In this document: positions 27,308-43,600 of the stretch, piece by piece
Layout: each line of letters begins with the position of its first letter
Position numbering within the stretch: the first letter of the stretch is position 1
From: the human T2T-CHM13v2.0 reference genome, Homo sapiens
DNA length: 64,000 bases
Strand: one strand, 5' to 3'
NCBI RefSeq assembly: GCF_009914755.1
Contig: NC_060932.1
Notes under the pieces: generated by a model
The model's input: the letters and a program-made list of their open reading frames with translations, nothing else
Database searches by the model: none
What the model was told of the DNA's origin: nothing
Program-made: the position numbers and the translations under genes

Positions 27308-27631
27308 TAATTTGCACCAACATTAAATTTAAGTAATTTTTTTTAGAACACGGCTAAATGATATATTTCCTGAATGACTGTACCTCTTAGAATAACTAAC
27401 TGTACTTTTCCCAGAAACAATTCAGCTATGTATCATTTAGGGCATCACAACCTTTTTGAATTTAGACTCGTAAAGTCTAAAAAGCATTGTCTCATTGTCA
27501 TCTGTCCTTTGGTTTTAGGAAGAAGTTTTAATTAATTTAATTACAATTTAATCTAAATTAGAACTATCTTCTCATTATAAAAAATGTGCTCTAATGGATA
27601 TAATCATTAGTTTGATTTAGTAATTCCACAT
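27308..27631 (+). repeat. Donor of the inverted copy at 25313-25636
   Basis: Its right end continues into an L1M 3' end fragment (27632-27700), so this is the native copy. Confidence 0.9.
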
Positions 27632-28219
27632 GGTATACATATATCAAAACACTACATTATACAACATAAATATATAAAAATATTTATCAACTAAAAATAA
27701 TGACATAAAAGCAAATTTTAATTAAGTAACTAATTAAAACTATATAATTTTATTCTGCTGGAATATTTAGAAACATTTTTATCTTGATATAAAAATAAAT
27801 TCCAAAATTCAAGCTTAATAGTAGTGTCTTTTGAATAAATCTCTACGAAATAGAGGTCATTTAAATTTTACATTTTACATTTTTAAATCTTAGAACACTA
27901 TTCTATTACATATTTTTATGTTGTTTCTAAATTATTCTATGAGAACCACAATTATTATTCATAAGAGGATTTTCCACTGTTGTCACCCTTTTTATAATTC
28001 TAATTTATTAATAATAATAGACCTATGATTTATTGAGCACTTGCTCCATGACTAGCAAGCCATAAGCTAAGTTACTGATTCACATAACCAAATAAACTTT
28101 CATAATATCCTTTTGAGGCCAGTATTTTACAGATGTGACTAGACAGGTTAAACAATGGGAAGTTGATGTAAGTGTTAAGGGTAAATCTGGTCTTTTCTAA
28201 ACCAGAAAATATTGCTAAA

Positions 28220-28586
28220 TGTCAGGCCTCTGAGCCCAAGCCTGCAGGTATACATCCAGATGGCCTGAAGTAACTGAAGAATCACAAAAGAAGTAAAAAT
28301 GGCCTGGTCCTGCCTTAACTGATGACATTACCTTGTGAAATTCCTTCTCCTGTCTCAGAAGCTCCCCTACTGAGCACCTTGTGACACCCCCGCCCCTGCC
28401 CACCAGAGAACAGCCCCTTTGACTGTAATTTTCCACTACCTACCCAAATCCTATAAAACAGCCCCACTCCTATCTCCCTTAGCTGACTCTCTTTTCGGAC
28501 TCAGCCCCCCTGCAACCAGGTGATTAAAAAGCTTTATTGCTCACACAAAGCCTGTTTGTGTGCTCTTCACATGGACACGCGTGACA
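28220..28586 (+). mobile_element. LTR7-family (HERV-H) solo LTR
   Basis: tgtcaggcctctgagcccaag start, cctataaaac TATA, ...cacgcgtgaca end, TSD ctaaa/ctaag. Confidence 0.93.
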
Positions 28587-28660
28587 CTAAGAATTCTATT
28601 TTCCAGGGTTACGTTTTTAAACTTTATTTTGGCAGTTTTAATTATGGTTGGCATATATTT

Positions 28661-29277
28661 TGTCAATCGAGAAAAATGAGAGAAGTCTTAATCATTTTAG
28701 GAGGTTTATTTGCCAAAGTTGAGGTTGCTCACCTGGAAGACAGGTCTATGCCTTTTTCTGAAGATGATTTTGAGGGCTCCAAATTTAAAGGGGGAAAAGG
28801 TGGGATACTGAGAAGCACACAATTTTCATGTAAGGGGAGGGCTAGAGAAAAACAGTCATTCGTGCCCCTGTCTAGTTCAGTGAATCTGAATTTCTTACAT
28901 AAGGTGACATAGACAAATGGGGCAGAGGAAAAATGCAGGGAATGCATTTTACATAAGATAACATAGACAAAATGGGGCTGAGAACAATCAGGTTTGCCTT
29001 TGTGTCCGGTGGGCAGGGGAATGACTGCCCCTGTAAAGATAAGCTATCAATTTACATTGTCATGGTGAAATTGTAACAGAAATACCTTAAAAGATCTTAA
29101 AGCTCCCTAGAAAATTCTTTGTGGGCAAAATTTGGAGGAGGCATGTAGCTTTTCATCTAGTAACCATCTTATTTAGGAACCAAAAGGTGGAGGCAGATTT
29201 GCATGACCCAGTTCCTAGCTTGACTTTTCCCTTTGGCTAAATGAGGTTGGGGTGCCAAAATTTAATTTTGTTTCACA
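28661..29277 (-). mobile_element. MER4A-like ERV1 solo LTR
   Basis: Reverse complement starts tgtgaaac...gccaaagggaaaagtcaagctaggaactgggtc; TG/CA termini. Confidence 0.8.
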
Positions 29278-29549
29278 CTTTCAATACTTCTTTCAATTAT
29301 GAGACTATCTTTTAAAATTCATTTGCAGTCATTTCACCTATTTTTACATCAACTTTTTGCTTTTAAGTTTACTCAGATTCTTTCAAGTCTGTCTCCAAAA
29401 GGCTATTTTTATTCCCTCTTAAGAAAACAAAATATAACTTTAACATATATTATTTTGATCTCTGAAGTAAATATGTTCAAAAATATTCCTTTTCTCTGAT
29501 TCTTTAGGGCCATGTTTTCCTTGTAAGAATTTCATCACTGTCTCTATGT

Positions 29550-29726
29550 TTCTTTTTTTTTTTTTTTTTTTTTTTTTTGAGCCAGAGACTCACTCTGTCG
29601 CCCAGGCTGGGGTACAAGTGGCGCGATCTCGGCTCACTGCAAGCTCCACTTCCTGGGTTCATGCCATTCTCCCGCCTCAGCCTCCCAAGTAGCTGGAACT
29701 TTAGCTGCCGCCACCACACCTAGCTA
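29550..29726 (-). mobile_element. 5'-truncated AluY-like element (right monomer only)
   Basis: Poly-T plus right arm; perfect 16-bp TSD atcactgtctctatgt (29534-29549 and 29727-29742). Confidence 0.93.
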
Positions 29727-29891
29727 ATCACTGTCTCTATGTCTTTTTTATTATGTTTGTTTTGTAATTTGGTTGGTTACTCAATATTTAACATGGAGAT
29801 ATCAATCTAGGCATTATATTTGTGAGAAAAACTAATGTACTGTTATGGTTCTTCAGTCACTTTATTTCACACTTAAAGTTATAGATTGTGG

Positions 29892-30204
<313 letters not shown>

Positions 30205-30584
30205 TTATAGATTGTGAATGCTTGTACCAATTTAATTTTTCTGTTGTTTGTATTTAGGTATTAGATGAGATTTGCTCCTGTTCCTACTTGGTGTTTCTCT
30301 GCTTAGAAGAAAGGGGGGGGAAAAGCATTGTAGGGGTTCATAGTATTTGTAGTTACTCTTTGACCTGATGCTTTGTGTAAAATCTAAAATTTCACAATCC
30401 ATAACTATCAAACTTACTGCCCACAAGAGAGACCTCTGAGTCTCAGAATAAATTCTATTACTGATAGTGCCATATATAACCTTTTCATCTTTCTCATTAC
30501 CATCATGTTGTACCATGAGAGTTATAATTCTGTTTGGAATTAAAAAAGAATAGTATTATAATTAAAAAGGAGAAAAATCAAAGC

Positions 30585-30924
30585 AGAGTATTATAGGGTG
30601 TGTGGCTTATAAAAAAACAGAAATGTACTTCTCGCAGATCTGGAAGCTGAGAAGTCAAAGTCCCAGGAGTTTTAGTGTCTGGTCAGGGCCTGCTTTCTGA
30701 TTCATAGACAGCCAACTTCTCTCTGTGTCCTCACAGAGTGGAAGGGTCAAGAGAGTGCTCTGGGATCTCATTATTAGCTTGTGTAAGAGCTCTCATTCCA
30801 TTCAGAAGGGCTTTGCTCTCATGACCTACTCACCTCCCAAAGGCCCACCTCCAAATACTATGGCATCAAGGATTAAGGTCCAACACAGGAATTTTAGGAG
30901 GGACCCAACACCAAGTTTATAGCA
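30585..30924 (-). mobile_element. MLT1A-type LTR
   Basis: ggcttataaa...tgtcctcacagagtggaaggg...cacctcccaaaggcccacctcc. Confidence 0.75.
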
Positions 30925-32054
30925 AAGTTTATACATAATTTTGCATTGGTATAAGCAACTATGCAATCTACTTGATATTCACCCTATTTTAAACTGTAGA
31001 AGATGTTATACCAAAAATTTAGCAGTTTTGCTAACCAATTTATTTTTCTAGATTTTAATGTTTTCCAACATTTCCAATACTTCTGGTAAATATACATTCC
31101 AGTTTTCACAAAATAGTCCTAATTTACACCTGTTGTTCCAGCATCCCATCTGGTTCAACATTTGTCTCTGAAATAGTGTCTCAGTTTAGACAGTATATTA
31201 TATTGTAACCTTATCTAAGATCAGAAAGCATCTCACAGAAGATTTTTAAACATAATTTATGCACTGGGGTAAGAATTTTTAGTCTTGTAATTTTGAGTTT
31301 CAATTTAAACACACGAACTTTGGCCTCTAGCTCTGCAGAAATCGCTTTGGCAAAAAAAATGAATATTGTATTATATAAACATATTTGTAGCAGTCATAGC
31401 ATTATGAAAATATAAGATGCTATATGAAAATTATGTGAAGCCAGTAGCCTAGAACTTTAAGTATTGAAACTTCTGTAAGTTATTATCAATCACTTTAGTA
31501 TTCCCTACTAATGGATAATGAAATCAAGTTATAAATTTAGGGCTAAATAATAAATTCACACAATCTAAGAAGTCATAGCCAAGAAAATATTGCTCTGAAG
31601 GCACTTGAAGAATGCATCAATGGCTTCCTAGAGAACATGATTTAAAAATTTCTCACACAAACACTTTTTTTTTTGTCTAGAAGCTTCCAGTACTTACTAA
31701 ATTGAGGACTTTAACCTCTTATCTAGTGCAAAAGACAGCTAAGCTTCAAACTGTATGGGAATGACATTAGTAAAAGTCCCCTCAAAGCTTTTCACATATA
31801 CACCTCTCAATCCTCTTCCCTGATGACTGCACAAAACATCTCCCAATTACTTCCTAGTTAGTTCCCAATCTTATGTACCCATCAGCCATGGTTAATTTTA
31901 TGTGTATTTGTCAGGGATCTCCAGATAAACAACCAATAGGAAGTGTATATATGTATATATACACAGAGAGAGACAGAGAGAGAGAGATTGATTATATGAA
32001 TTGTATCACACATTTATAAAGGCTGAGAAGTCTCATGATCTGCTGCCTGCAAGT

Positions 32055-33890
<1,836 letters not shown>

Positions 33891-34517
33891 GAAGTTTATT
33901 TTAAGCACAATTTTGGTTACAGAAAACAGAAGTGCAGACCAAATCTCTCCTAAAGTCTACAAGTGTGCAAAACTTTTATCTAGGCAATAGAATTGACACA
34001 AAGTCAATGGTGAAAATATTACCCTATTTAGTAAAGACAAACAACCACTAAGGGTAGTAAGTAAATGCATCTGGCTAGTTTCACAGTATCAGAATCAAAG
34101 GGTAGGGATTATGATAAAATTCTTATTCCAGCAAAGCTATGTGCACCTAAGGCAGAAACAATGTGGAATACAGATACTCAGAGCAATAACAAAGGATAAG
34201 ACACACTGGACATATGCAGAAACAACATTCAGAAATCTCATACGCAGTTAGGTTTGAGAATATTAACACTCTTCTTAATTTGTTTAGAATTGGCTCAAAA
34301 ATGTGTAGGGAAAAAGACTCCATATGTTGAAGAAACCTTAATACTTACAATGATATGAGGGTAGGAAAATAGCTGGTTAACTGTCTTTCTACAAAAGGGA
34401 TATACAAAGTTTTCCTGTTTTCCCAAAGTTCCCCTGCCTTACCAATGACAAATTTTAAATGACTGGAATTTGCTCACAAGAAACATTGCTCTCTCAATGT
34501 AGAGAAGATATGTGTGT

Positions 34518-34987
34518 TGTGGCAGATTGAAAACATAGCCACAGTATTTCACAGCTTCCATCAAGAAGTGGAGTCTATTTCACCACACTTGAATCTATGC
34601 TGACTTTGTGGACTGTGTTGACCCATGGAATGTGTAAAAAAAAGAAATTTTTAAACCTTCGGGACATGGGTGCTGAGGGCTTGCAACTACTGCTAGTGTG
34701 CTTCCTTGCTATCCTGACATGAAAAAGAAGCAGCTCAGTCTAATCTATTGGAGTATGGGAAGCCACATGGTACAGAACCAAGAAGCACCACCTCAGCCAC
34801 GTGAATTGCTGGACATATGAGTAAGGACACCTGGACCTTCCTGAATGCAGCATTATGAATGAATCCATGAAAAATCATTAGAAGTACCACCCACCGAACC
34901 CAACAAGTTGTGAGAAATAATAAATCATTTTTTTTGAAGTAATGAATTTTGGGGGGCTTTGATACGTAGCAATTAATATCTGATACA
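34518..34987 (+). mobile_element. MLT1G/H-like LTR
   Basis: tgtggcagattg...catcaagaagtggagtctatttc...tagcaattaatatctgataca. Confidence 0.7.
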
Positions 34988-36118
34988 CCATGTTTCTTAT
35001 TAGTTGAGAAATTCAGAGACAAGATTGAAATATGTTTAAAACTTTTGAATAATCAGATAGGGTGGGAGCTAGTAATAATAATGTTTAAACTCTTCAGCTT
35101 TATGGTTTTTGGGTTTGTAACACTTCTTTTGCAACCCTAAGGTCTTAAAAGGCGAGCAGTTGTATGACGTCAAAAAGTAGGGCAGTAGCCTTTTTTCCTT
35201 TTTATTGTTTGCTAATAAATACCATACTAGTCCTATTCAACAAAGTAACTATTATAAATATTGCAATGCTATAACCAACAAAATTAAAGGCAATAAAATA
35301 TTTGTATTTTTATAAAACAATGTCATAGTCATACTAGCAACTGGAATAAAATTACTTAACTTACCACATTAATATTTATTTGCAGTATAAAAAGTTTAGC
35401 ACTTAAATCATGTGAGTTTCAATGTATTTTAACACAGAAATCTCTAATATTGATATCACATGGCCATTCTACACTTAATAGTTTTGTGTACTATCATTAT
35501 TTTTATAAATTATGTGGCCCATAAAATTAAATTAATTAAGATAAAACCAATAAAAGGCACCATTTTTTTTTACTATGAAAATGGATATAGACACATGTGG
35601 AAGTCAGATTTTGTATATTCATGAAATTAATTGAGGTGATTTTTAAAATCAAGGGTAATGTGGGCTTAAACTTCACCAGTATGTCAGCTTTGTAAAGAAA
35701 AAATATTGTGATAATCTTAGAAAAATAATCATGGGTTTATGCAAAAAAAAATGTAGCACACTTAAATATTCCTTTTTCTCTACTCTTCCTCAGTCCAGTA
35801 GATACAAAAATTACTCTTCTGTATTTATTCAAATTCTAAAAGAAGTTCAAGTTCCTTTCAGAGTTCTCAAACCCATTACATTATCATGCCTGTACCTTGA
35901 GTTTTGAGTCACAAAAAGAAAGACTCTTACTGCAGAATTTGGAAAACAAAATTGCTATTTTTACTTTCATTTCAGGACTCCTACTTATAACAGGTTCTGA
36001 GAGGAACTGAGATTGTACAGCAAAAAAAAAGATGGAACCCTAAAAATTACTGCCATAGAAATAAATACAGAGCATTGGTATAGCTTTTGAATGTGCTTGA
36101 GCATTGTGTGTATCCTGG

Positions 36119-38402
36119 TGTATTAGTTTATTCTCAGGCTGCTGTGAAGAAATACCCAAGACTGGGTAACTTATAAAGAAAAGAGGTTTAATTGACTCAT
36201 AGTTCCTTATGGCTGGGAAAGCCTCAGGAAACTTATAATCATGGCACAAAATGAAAGGGAAGAAAGGCACCTTCTTCACAGGGCAGCAGGAAGGACAAGT
36301 GCAAAGCAAAGGGGGAAAAAAAACCCTTATAAAACCAGCAGATTTTGTGAGAACTCACTCACTATCAAGAGAATAGCATGGGGGTAACCACTTCCAAGAT
36401 TCAATTACCTCCCTCAGTGTCCCTCCCACAACACGTGAGGATTATGGGAACTACAACTCAAAATGAGATTTTGGTGGGGACACAGCCAAACCATATAATT
36501 CCACTCCTGGCCCCTCCCAAATCTCATGTGCTCATATTTCAAAATATAACCATGCTTTTCCAACAGTCCCCAAAGTCTTAACTCATTCCACTATTAATCC
36601 AAAAGTCCTCGTCCAAAGTCTCATCTGAGACAAGTCTCTTCCACCTATGAGCTTGTAAAATCAAAAGCAAGTTGGTCACTTTCTAGATACAATGGGGTTA
36701 CAGGAATTGGGTAAATACACCAGTTCCAAATGGGAGAAATTGGCCAAAATGAAGGGCTACAGGCCCTGAGCAAATCTGAAATCCAATAGGGCAGTCATTA
36801 AACCTTAAAGTTCAAAAATGATCTCCTTTGCTTCCATGTCTCACATCTAGGTCATGCTGATGCAAGAGGTGGGCTCCCATAGCTCAGCCCCTGTGGCTTT
36901 GCATGGTACAGTCCCCTCCTGGCTGTTTTCATGGGCTGGCATTGAGTGCTTTTCCAAGTGCATGGTGAAAGCTGTTGGTAGATCTACCATTCTTGGGTCT
37001 GGAGGACAGTGGACCTATTCTCACAGCTCCACCAGGCAGTGCCACAATGGGGACTCTCTGTGGGCACTCCAACTCCACATTTCCCTTCAGTACTGCCCTA
37101 GCAGAGGTTCTCTATGAGAGCTCCACTCTTGCAGCAAAGTTTTGCTTGGACATTCAGGTTTTCCCATGCATCTTCTGAATCTAGGTAGAGGTTCCCAAAC
37201 CTCACTGCTTGATCTCTGTTCACCCATAGGTTCAACAACACATGGAAGCTGCCAAGACTTGGCCCTCTGAAGCAACGGCCTGAGCTGTAATTTGGCCCCT
37301 TTTAGCCATGGCTGGAGCTGAAGCAGCTGGAATGCAGGGAACCATGTCCTGAGGCTGCATAGAGCAGGGGCACCATGTCCCAAGGCTGCATAGAGCAGGG
37401 GCACCTGGGATCTGCTGTGAAACCATTTTTCCTTCCTATGCCTCCAGGTCTATGATGGGAGGGGATGCCTTGAAGGTCTCTAACATGCTTTGGAGACATT
37501 TTCCCCCATTGTCTTGGTGATTAACATTTAGTTCCTTTGTTACTTATGCAAATTTCTGCAGTGGGCTTGAATTTCCCCGGATAAAAATAGGTTCTTTTTT
37601 ATTACATCATCAGGCTGCAAATTTTCCAAACTCTTATGCTCATCTTCCTCTTGAATGCTTTGCTGCTTATATATTTCTTCTGCCAGATACTCTAAATCAT
37701 CTCTCTCAAGCTCAAAGTTCCACAGATCTCTAGGGCAAGGGCAAAATGCTGTCAGTGTCTTTGCATAGCAAAAGTGACTTTTACTCCAGTTTCCAACAAG
37801 CTCCTAATCTTCATCTGAGACCACCTTAGCCTGGACTTCATTGTCCATATCACTATTAGCATTTTGGTGAAAGCCATTCAACAAGTCCCTAGGAAGTTCC
37901 AAACTTTCCCACATTTTGTTGTCTTCTTCTGAGCCCTCGAAACTGTTCCAACCTCTGCTTTTCCAAAGTAGCTTCAACATTTCTGAGTATCTTTATAGCA
38001 GTGCCCCACTACCTTGGTATCAATTTACTGTATTAGTCCATACTTGCTCTGCTATGAAGAAATACCTGAGACTGGGTAGTTTATAAATGAAAGAGGTTTA
38101 ATTGACCCAGTTCTGTATGGCTGGGAAGGCCTCAGGAAACTTACAGTCATGTTAGTAGATAGAGGGGAAGAAAGGCATCTTTCGCACAGGGCAACAGGAA
38201 GGAAAAGTCCCGAGCAAAGGAAGAAGCCCCTTGTGAAACCATCAGATATTCTGAGAACTCACTCACTATCATGAGAAAAGCATGAGGGTAACTGCCCCCG
38301 TGATTCAATTACCTCCCACCAGGTGCCTCCCAGGATATGAGGGAACTAGGGAAACTATAACTCAAGATGAGATTTGGGTGGGGACACCACCAAACCATAT
38401 CA
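36119..38402 (-). mobile_element. Full-length THE1 (C/D-like) MaLR element: 3' LTR 36119-36498, internal region, 5' LTR 38029-38402
   Basis: Two LTRs in the same orientation flanking THE1-int; perfect 5-bp TSD CCTGG (36114-36118 and 38403-38407). Confidence 0.95.
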
Positions 38403-39753
38403 CCTGGCATGTCTTTACAGCTTGTTACTTCCACTGTAGCCATAAAGTGAAACCCCAAGCTCAACTTACACTCACACATTTGCTCAAAGAAGGCCAAGGA
38501 AAAAAGTAAAGGTTAAGCCATCTCAAAGCAGAGTTTTCTGTTATTTTAAGATGCTAAAAGCAACATAAACCACTTCAAAGCTCTGTTACAGAAAGTTTCA
38601 CCTGCACGTGACCAAAATAATCAGGCTGACCAAATGTACTGAACAAACCATTGCAGCTTATGTTTCTAACACTCTTTAGACAAGAAGAAATGTCAAATTC
38701 GGATTTATTCTCATTTCTGGGTTTGGTGATAATAATACTTTGAAGGCACTTACGAAAATCTATCAAAATAGTCTATTGTATTTCAAAATTCAGCCACTAT
38801 AATAAAAATACTTTGAGTTATAAAGGGCAAGTATGCACAAATAGATCCTGAAGACATTTTAAAACAATTTTCTATCTATTACAAAACACATTACCCCCCA
38901 AAATGCTGCCCGTATATTATAGTCTGAAATGGATAAAATGGGATTCTATTTAGAGGTCACTTTAATAGCCAAAGGCCACAACAAGATACTGTTAACTCCA
39001 ACTGATTTTCACTTATTCAGGAGATGGCCAGTGCCAATAACATTCAGAACTTGTAACAATGTATTTAGATTTTCCATATCTGATCACACCTAAAATATGG
39101 ATTGAAAATCAGAGTCTTTTTCAACCTGGAATGACAGTAAATGATAAAATGTAAAACGGACACACATGTAGAGTCATATTTGAAGAAATATGGTTTTGTA
39201 ATAATATCATTTTTTAAAGACCTCATGTTTTTTACAGGAGCAGATGGCTTGTGTATGTTTGAAGGAGAGTGGGAGCATCCTAGAGTCAGTTGTCTTCCTT
39301 CTGTCATTGGCACAGGTCAATATATGCATCATGGTAAAGATGAGTTAATGAAACAGGAGCTTGCAAGTTATCTAGAGTGTTATACAGTAGCTTATATGAC
39401 AGGGAGCCACCTAAATATTTGTTGTATCGCATTTTAGACATGCAATCATTCCTAGTGAACTGTGAAAGCCCATACAATGGTTTCAGAGCTGTCAGATTTA
39501 ACGGATTCAGACTAGATGTGGGAAAATAGTCTGAGAATAGAGCAAAAGCAAAAGGAGTTTTTACTTATTTTCAGGAGGCAGCTATGATAGGAACAAGTTG
39601 AATGTTTTCCTCTTTCTGAAGAGATTAATTACTGAAGAATTTATAGAAAATAAGTAACACATGAACTAACAATATGAACAGAAAGAATACAATATGTCTT
39701 TGATGTCTTTGATTATTATGCTGGGGCCCTCAACTACAGAATTGCTGATACCT

Positions 39754-40227
39754 TGTGTATTATGCTAAATAACGACCCCCAGAGATATCAGTCTCTACAA
39801 GTCCTTTAAATGTTACCACATATAAAAAAAATGCAAATGTAATTAGGCAAAAACATGTGAGATGGAGAGATCATCCTGGATTATCTGGGTGGGCTCTAAA
39901 TGCAGTCATAAGTGTTCTTATAAGAGACACAGAGGTAGAAGAGAAACAGGCACAAGCTAAGTAAAAGATATAATCATGGAGTCAGAGACTGGAGTGATGC
40001 AACTATAAACCAAGGAATGCTGGTAGCCACCAGTAGCTGGAAGAGGAAAGAAAAGCAAATTCTCCCCTAGAACCTCCAGAGGGAGCATGGCCCTGATGAC
40101 ACCTTGATTTTAGCCCAGTAATACTGATTTTGGACTTCTGGCCTTCAGGAGCGTGAGAATATTTTTCTGTTGTTTAGGCTACAAAGTTTGTGGTAGTTTT
40201 TTATAGCAGCCACAGAAAATGAATACA
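39754..40227 (+). mobile_element. MLT1C/D LTR
   Basis: gagatcatcctggattatctgggtgggc...agctggaagagg...ttctcccctagaacctccaga...gaataca. Confidence 0.85.
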
Positions 40228-40233
40228 CCACAT

Positions 40234-40605
40234 GTGTTATTAAGTTCAAGCTGCTATAACAGAACACCATAATCTGGGTGGCTTATAAACAACAGCAATT
40301 TCTTCCTCATATTTCTGGAGGCTTGGAAGTCTAAGATCAAAGTATTGAGAAGTTCCATTTCTGATGTGGGCCTGCTTCCTGGTTCATAAACAGCCATTTG
40401 CTAGTTGGACCTTCACACAGCAAAAGAGGCAAGGAAGCTTTCCACCCTCCAGCATCTCTTTTATAAGGGCATGAATCTCATTTATGAGGTTCCCATCCTT
40501 ATAACCTAATCACATTCTGAAGGCCTTACCTCAAAATACCAGCATATAGGGAATCAGATTTTAACATAAAAATTTCACAGGGACACAAACATTCAGTCTA
40601 CAGCA
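40234..40605 (-). mobile_element. MLT1A LTR
   Basis: gctgctataacagaacaccata...gggacacaaacattcagtctacagca. Confidence 0.85.
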
Positions 40606-43600
40606 GTATGTTTAGCATTGATGCAGACATCTTAGGTGAATAAGACACACCTAGCAACTGAAAATTCTGGCTTTTGAATATACATATTTAAGGATTTTCC
40701 CAGATAAGGTGTTGCTGAAGTTTATCTGAGAATGCCTAGATAAGGGATGTGCGGTCCAAAATGTCATCCAATATAGGGATCCAGACATATATAATCCCAG
40801 GCACTAACTGCTCAAATGTGATGAGTGGATTGCATAGGACAGGAGGGATATTAAAGTAAAATTTAAATTTCTTAGGGACAACAGACTTGTATTTGTTACT
40901 TTCCTGATCTAAACAAGATTTGCTTATCTCCCTGACTCTGAAGACTTGGCCTGTATGGTGAAAATGATAACGATAATATGGATAATTATGTTGAAACTTC
41001 AGTAATCATTAAAGTGATGACACTCATATTTTCTCCAAATATTAATACAAGAAACAGGAATGTTAGATACATTTAGAACTTTTAACTTTGGCAAGCAATC
41101 ATATCCATCTGTAAGAAACCAAGCCAAATACACTAGGTTTATCAGGCTGTGATTCTCATAATCCAAAAGGAGCTACCACGCTTCCAGTACAGTAGCTATA
41201 GCCTGGTAATTTTTTTACTAGAGTGCTTATCATCTGTTTCCTTCCAGTGAAGGACATGTAATTCCAGTAGGTATACATAGGTTTCTTTCTAAGCTGAGAA
41301 GGTGGAATGATTTCCCTAATTGATATATTTGTGGAGCATATTTGGACACAGACAATTGCCTCAGCTCTTTCCTATTCAGTTTTTTCCTCAAGAGCAAACT
41401 GCTTCAAAGAGCAAACGTTCTCTTTTACTTAGTGAGAGTCTTGGTGACTGATGAGTTATTTTGACTCATTGTGGACATCCAATACATGGCCCATTTGACC
41501 TTTATACTAAGCTTCACCTGGCAGATTTTCTACATGAATACTACAGGTGATATTTTGTTCTCTATGTTTCCTTTTTGGTTTTACTTTACAAACTTTTTGT
41601 AATTCAGTTGGCAAATTGGTGGGGATGATATTACTTGAAGGCTCTCAGGGCCCCAAATGTTACAATATTTATTTCAAGCACAAAAACCCAGAGTCACAGA
41701 GAGTCTGTTGGAATACAAACATCCAGGCTCTGCTGATGGGCCTACAGTCCATTGCTTAAATTTTAGCCAAGACTGTATGACTTATTTGTGTTTGCTCTAA
41801 AAAACCAGGCATAATTCTGATCTTGGAGTCTTTAAAGTCAGAATCAGAAAACCACTTATTGTAATATCACCACAAATTGCATAAGTGTAGTGGCACTCTT
41901 CAAATAATTTTTAGAACTAGAACCACTGGCTCTGATTTTAAATGTACTTCCAATTTGAATCTGACAGTTTGACTAAAATCATGTCTCTCAAGAGGAAATA
42001 TGTTTGAGTGGAGTGTACATTCAGTAGCTCTCCTGTTGCTTCTGGGAGTATGGTATTAGCTGTCACAAACTGGATTTGGAAATCCAAATTTTGTACCCAT
42101 AATTTTACTGCCATTGTAAAAGTCATAGAGTGATTCCTCTACAATATTGAGGATATGTTTAGAATGCTGTGGGAGACAGGGAGCTGCTCCCACACTGATG
42201 GAGGAATTGGAAGGAAGGTGAATTCCAGGAAGTGCACAATTTGTGCAACTGAGGCTGGCTGAGAAAGTGTCTCTTCCAAATCATCAAAATCCAGGGATCA
42301 TATGAACATGTGGGAGGAAAAGATGATTAAACAGAGATATCAAAGGGGCTTCTGAGGAATTAGCAATGTTCTATTTGTAAAGCTGGGTGATAGACCCAAC
42401 AAAGTTACATTTATTATTTTTTCTTGTTTACATTATTTTTTAAAGTTAAGATAAAATGCACAGATATGAAGAATACAATTCATTGAGTTTTGACAAATAT
42501 ATGTACTAATGTAATCAGCATAAAAAGGAGGACATATTTCCTCCACTGTTTACTTGTGCCCCATTGTTGTCAATCCCTACCCCTCTTCAGCAACCACTCT
42601 TCTGATTGCTATCATTCTAAATTATTTTTGCTTGTTCTTCAATTTCATTTGACACTTGCTTTTGTGTTTTTTTTTTTTTTTTGCTCAATATACACATTTT
42701 CAGATTCATATCTATTGTTGCATGTATGGGCAGTTTATTCTTTCCCTATTTTAAATAAGCCCTATTTGGCTAAATTTATGTACAATAAAATTTATCAATT
42801 TTTAGTGTACTAGTTGATGAATTTGGGGAAATATGTATAGTTGTATAACCACCACATATTCAACATAACTACTTTTTGTCACTCAGTGACATAGAGCTAG
42901 GTTCAAGATGATACCAAAATGCTGCATAAGAACTGAAAAAAATGTCAGTATGGTGATTTTATAAACTCTGAATAAAGAATGAGTACTTGTTCAATCACTG
43001 ATAGGTCTTAACTAGTAATTTGACTAAATTCAAATTTTATAATAAAAATTTGTTCAATCAAAAAACAAATATTTTATGCAAATTGCTCTAATTTTTATTA
43101 TTCTTACATTTAAATTTATTATTACATCAAAAACAATATACACAGTAAAGAAATGAAGAAAAAATTAACTACATTCAGTTAAATTATAATGTTTGAGACC
43201 AAGAAGTATTCACAATTATTTGGAAAAAAAATTATTTGAAGAGGCCCATGAATAAATAATTTGAAAACAAAAATAGCAACAAATAATAGGTCAGACTCTA
43301 CATTGTAAGTTTTTAGGATCAACACAGAAAGCCCAATTTATGAATAATTGTGTTGGCTTGTCTGTTTTGTGGTGTCTATGCATAGAACATTTAGACTGTG
43401 TTTAAAAAATCAATATGAACACTTACTATAGAATGAGGAGTCCATTATCATAAAATATACTTTTTAATTACTTCAAATTGCTAAATTGGAATTTGCCTTT
43501 TCTCCTTCTGCTTTTATTTCAGAAGGAAATTAGCAAACTTATTGAAAAAACAATCTAACTTCAAATCTAGAAAACTAACATGCATCTGCTGCCGACTGCA

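Noticed and set aside
37341-37405. 31-bp tandem duplication in THE1-int
   Set aside because: Ordinary slippage duplication in a dead element
40690-42300. Non-random-looking tract, possibly an ancient LINE or pseudogene
   Set aside because: No recognisable protein motif or sustained frame; needs a profile search
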